Shown in pieces: positions 63,563-64,000 of a stretch of 64,000 nt of DNA. The stretch's first letter is position 1, and every line of letters begins with the position of its first letter. This DNA is from a virus (Duplodnaviria > Caudoviricetes). The notes beneath the pieces are model-generated. The model had not been told where the DNA came from. It searched no databases and saw only the letters and a list, made by a program, of their open reading frames with translations. The translations under genes were made by a program, and so were the position numbers. The stretch spans positions 2,030 through 66,029 of the IMG/VR virus record IMGVR_UViG_3300050121_000032. One strand, given 5' to 3'.

Positions 63563-64000
63563 ATGATTTTAGACGCAACAAATAAATCTGTGACCGTTGT
63601 TCTTGGAGAGGCCAAGACTACGAGCGACTGCGACATCACGGTTGCGTTCGAGGATATCACGACGACCACGTACCTCGCGGGTGCGTCTGATGGCGTCACC
63701 AACGGCGTCACCCCGGCTACGCTCGTCGCGGCGCCCGCCGCGAGCACCCAGCGACGCGTGAGGGAGTTGACGCTCGTCAACAACGACACCATCAGCCACA
63801 CGGTGACCGTGGGATACGTGGACGGCGCGAACACTCGGCAGCTATGGAAGGGTCCGGTGGGGGTCGGCGGCCTTTTGCAGTACGCCAACGGAGTGTGGAA
63901 TAGCGCGCCGCGTCAGACGCTGCTCTCGACCGACATCTCGGACAGCACCACAATTGGGCGCGGGCTGCTCACCGCCGCCTCGGATGTGATCGCACGGCCT
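63563..64000 (+). CDS. virion/tail fibre protein, partial (runs off the window)
   Basis: GGAG RBS, ATG at 63563; MILDATNKSVTVVL...LVAAPAASTQRRV; no stop noticed before the window end. Confidence 0.6.
   Translation, partial: MILDATNKSVTVVLGEAKTTSDCDITVAFEDITTTTYLAGASDGVTNGVTPATLVAAPAASTQRRVRELTLVNNDTISHTVTVGYVDGANTRQLWKGPVGVGGLLQYANGVWNSAPRQTLLSTDISDSTTIGRGLLTAASDVIARP

Noticed and set aside
1-64000. Integrated prophage, diversity-generating retroelement, or intein/intron-split core genes
   Set aside because: No integrase, host flank or reverse transcriptase seen; polymerase, terminase and helicase are of normal length and uninterrupted.

Overview
The window is almost entirely one GC-rich tailed dsDNA phage genome, probably podovirus-like and circularly permuted. 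No integrase, host housekeeping gene, rRNA or canonical tRNA was recognised. There are two divergent arms separated by an AT-richer, repeat-rich non-coding region (~40200-41290). The leftward arm (40203->16523) carries small early genes, a MoxR-like AAA ATPase/VWA-metallopeptidase pair, family A DNA polymerase, nucleotide-pool enzymes, several nucleases, an SNF2-type helicase and a primase-helicase. The rightward arm (41291->64000, apparently continuing at 1->16539) carries a CtrA-like winged-helix regulator, terminase, portal, collagen-like Gly-X-Thr proteins beside two glycosyltransferase-like genes and a methyltransferase, scaffold, major capsid, adaptor and fibre genes, lysis genes, a tail tubular protein and large internal (ejection) proteins. 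CtrA boxes and apparent GANTC avoidance point to an alphaproteobacterial host (inference). The strongest unexplained signal is a 15-bp palindrome, TTACCG-Y-N-R-CGGTAA. I found it by eye 20 times with perfect arms (plus about 5 near-copies), both between genes and inside ORFs in all three reading frames. Other highlights: a putative virion glycosylation cassette, a shared [FY]-A-x-G-G peptide tag in virion proteins, and competing RNA hairpins on both sides of the capsid gene. All product calls come from motif recognition by eye; no database search was run.
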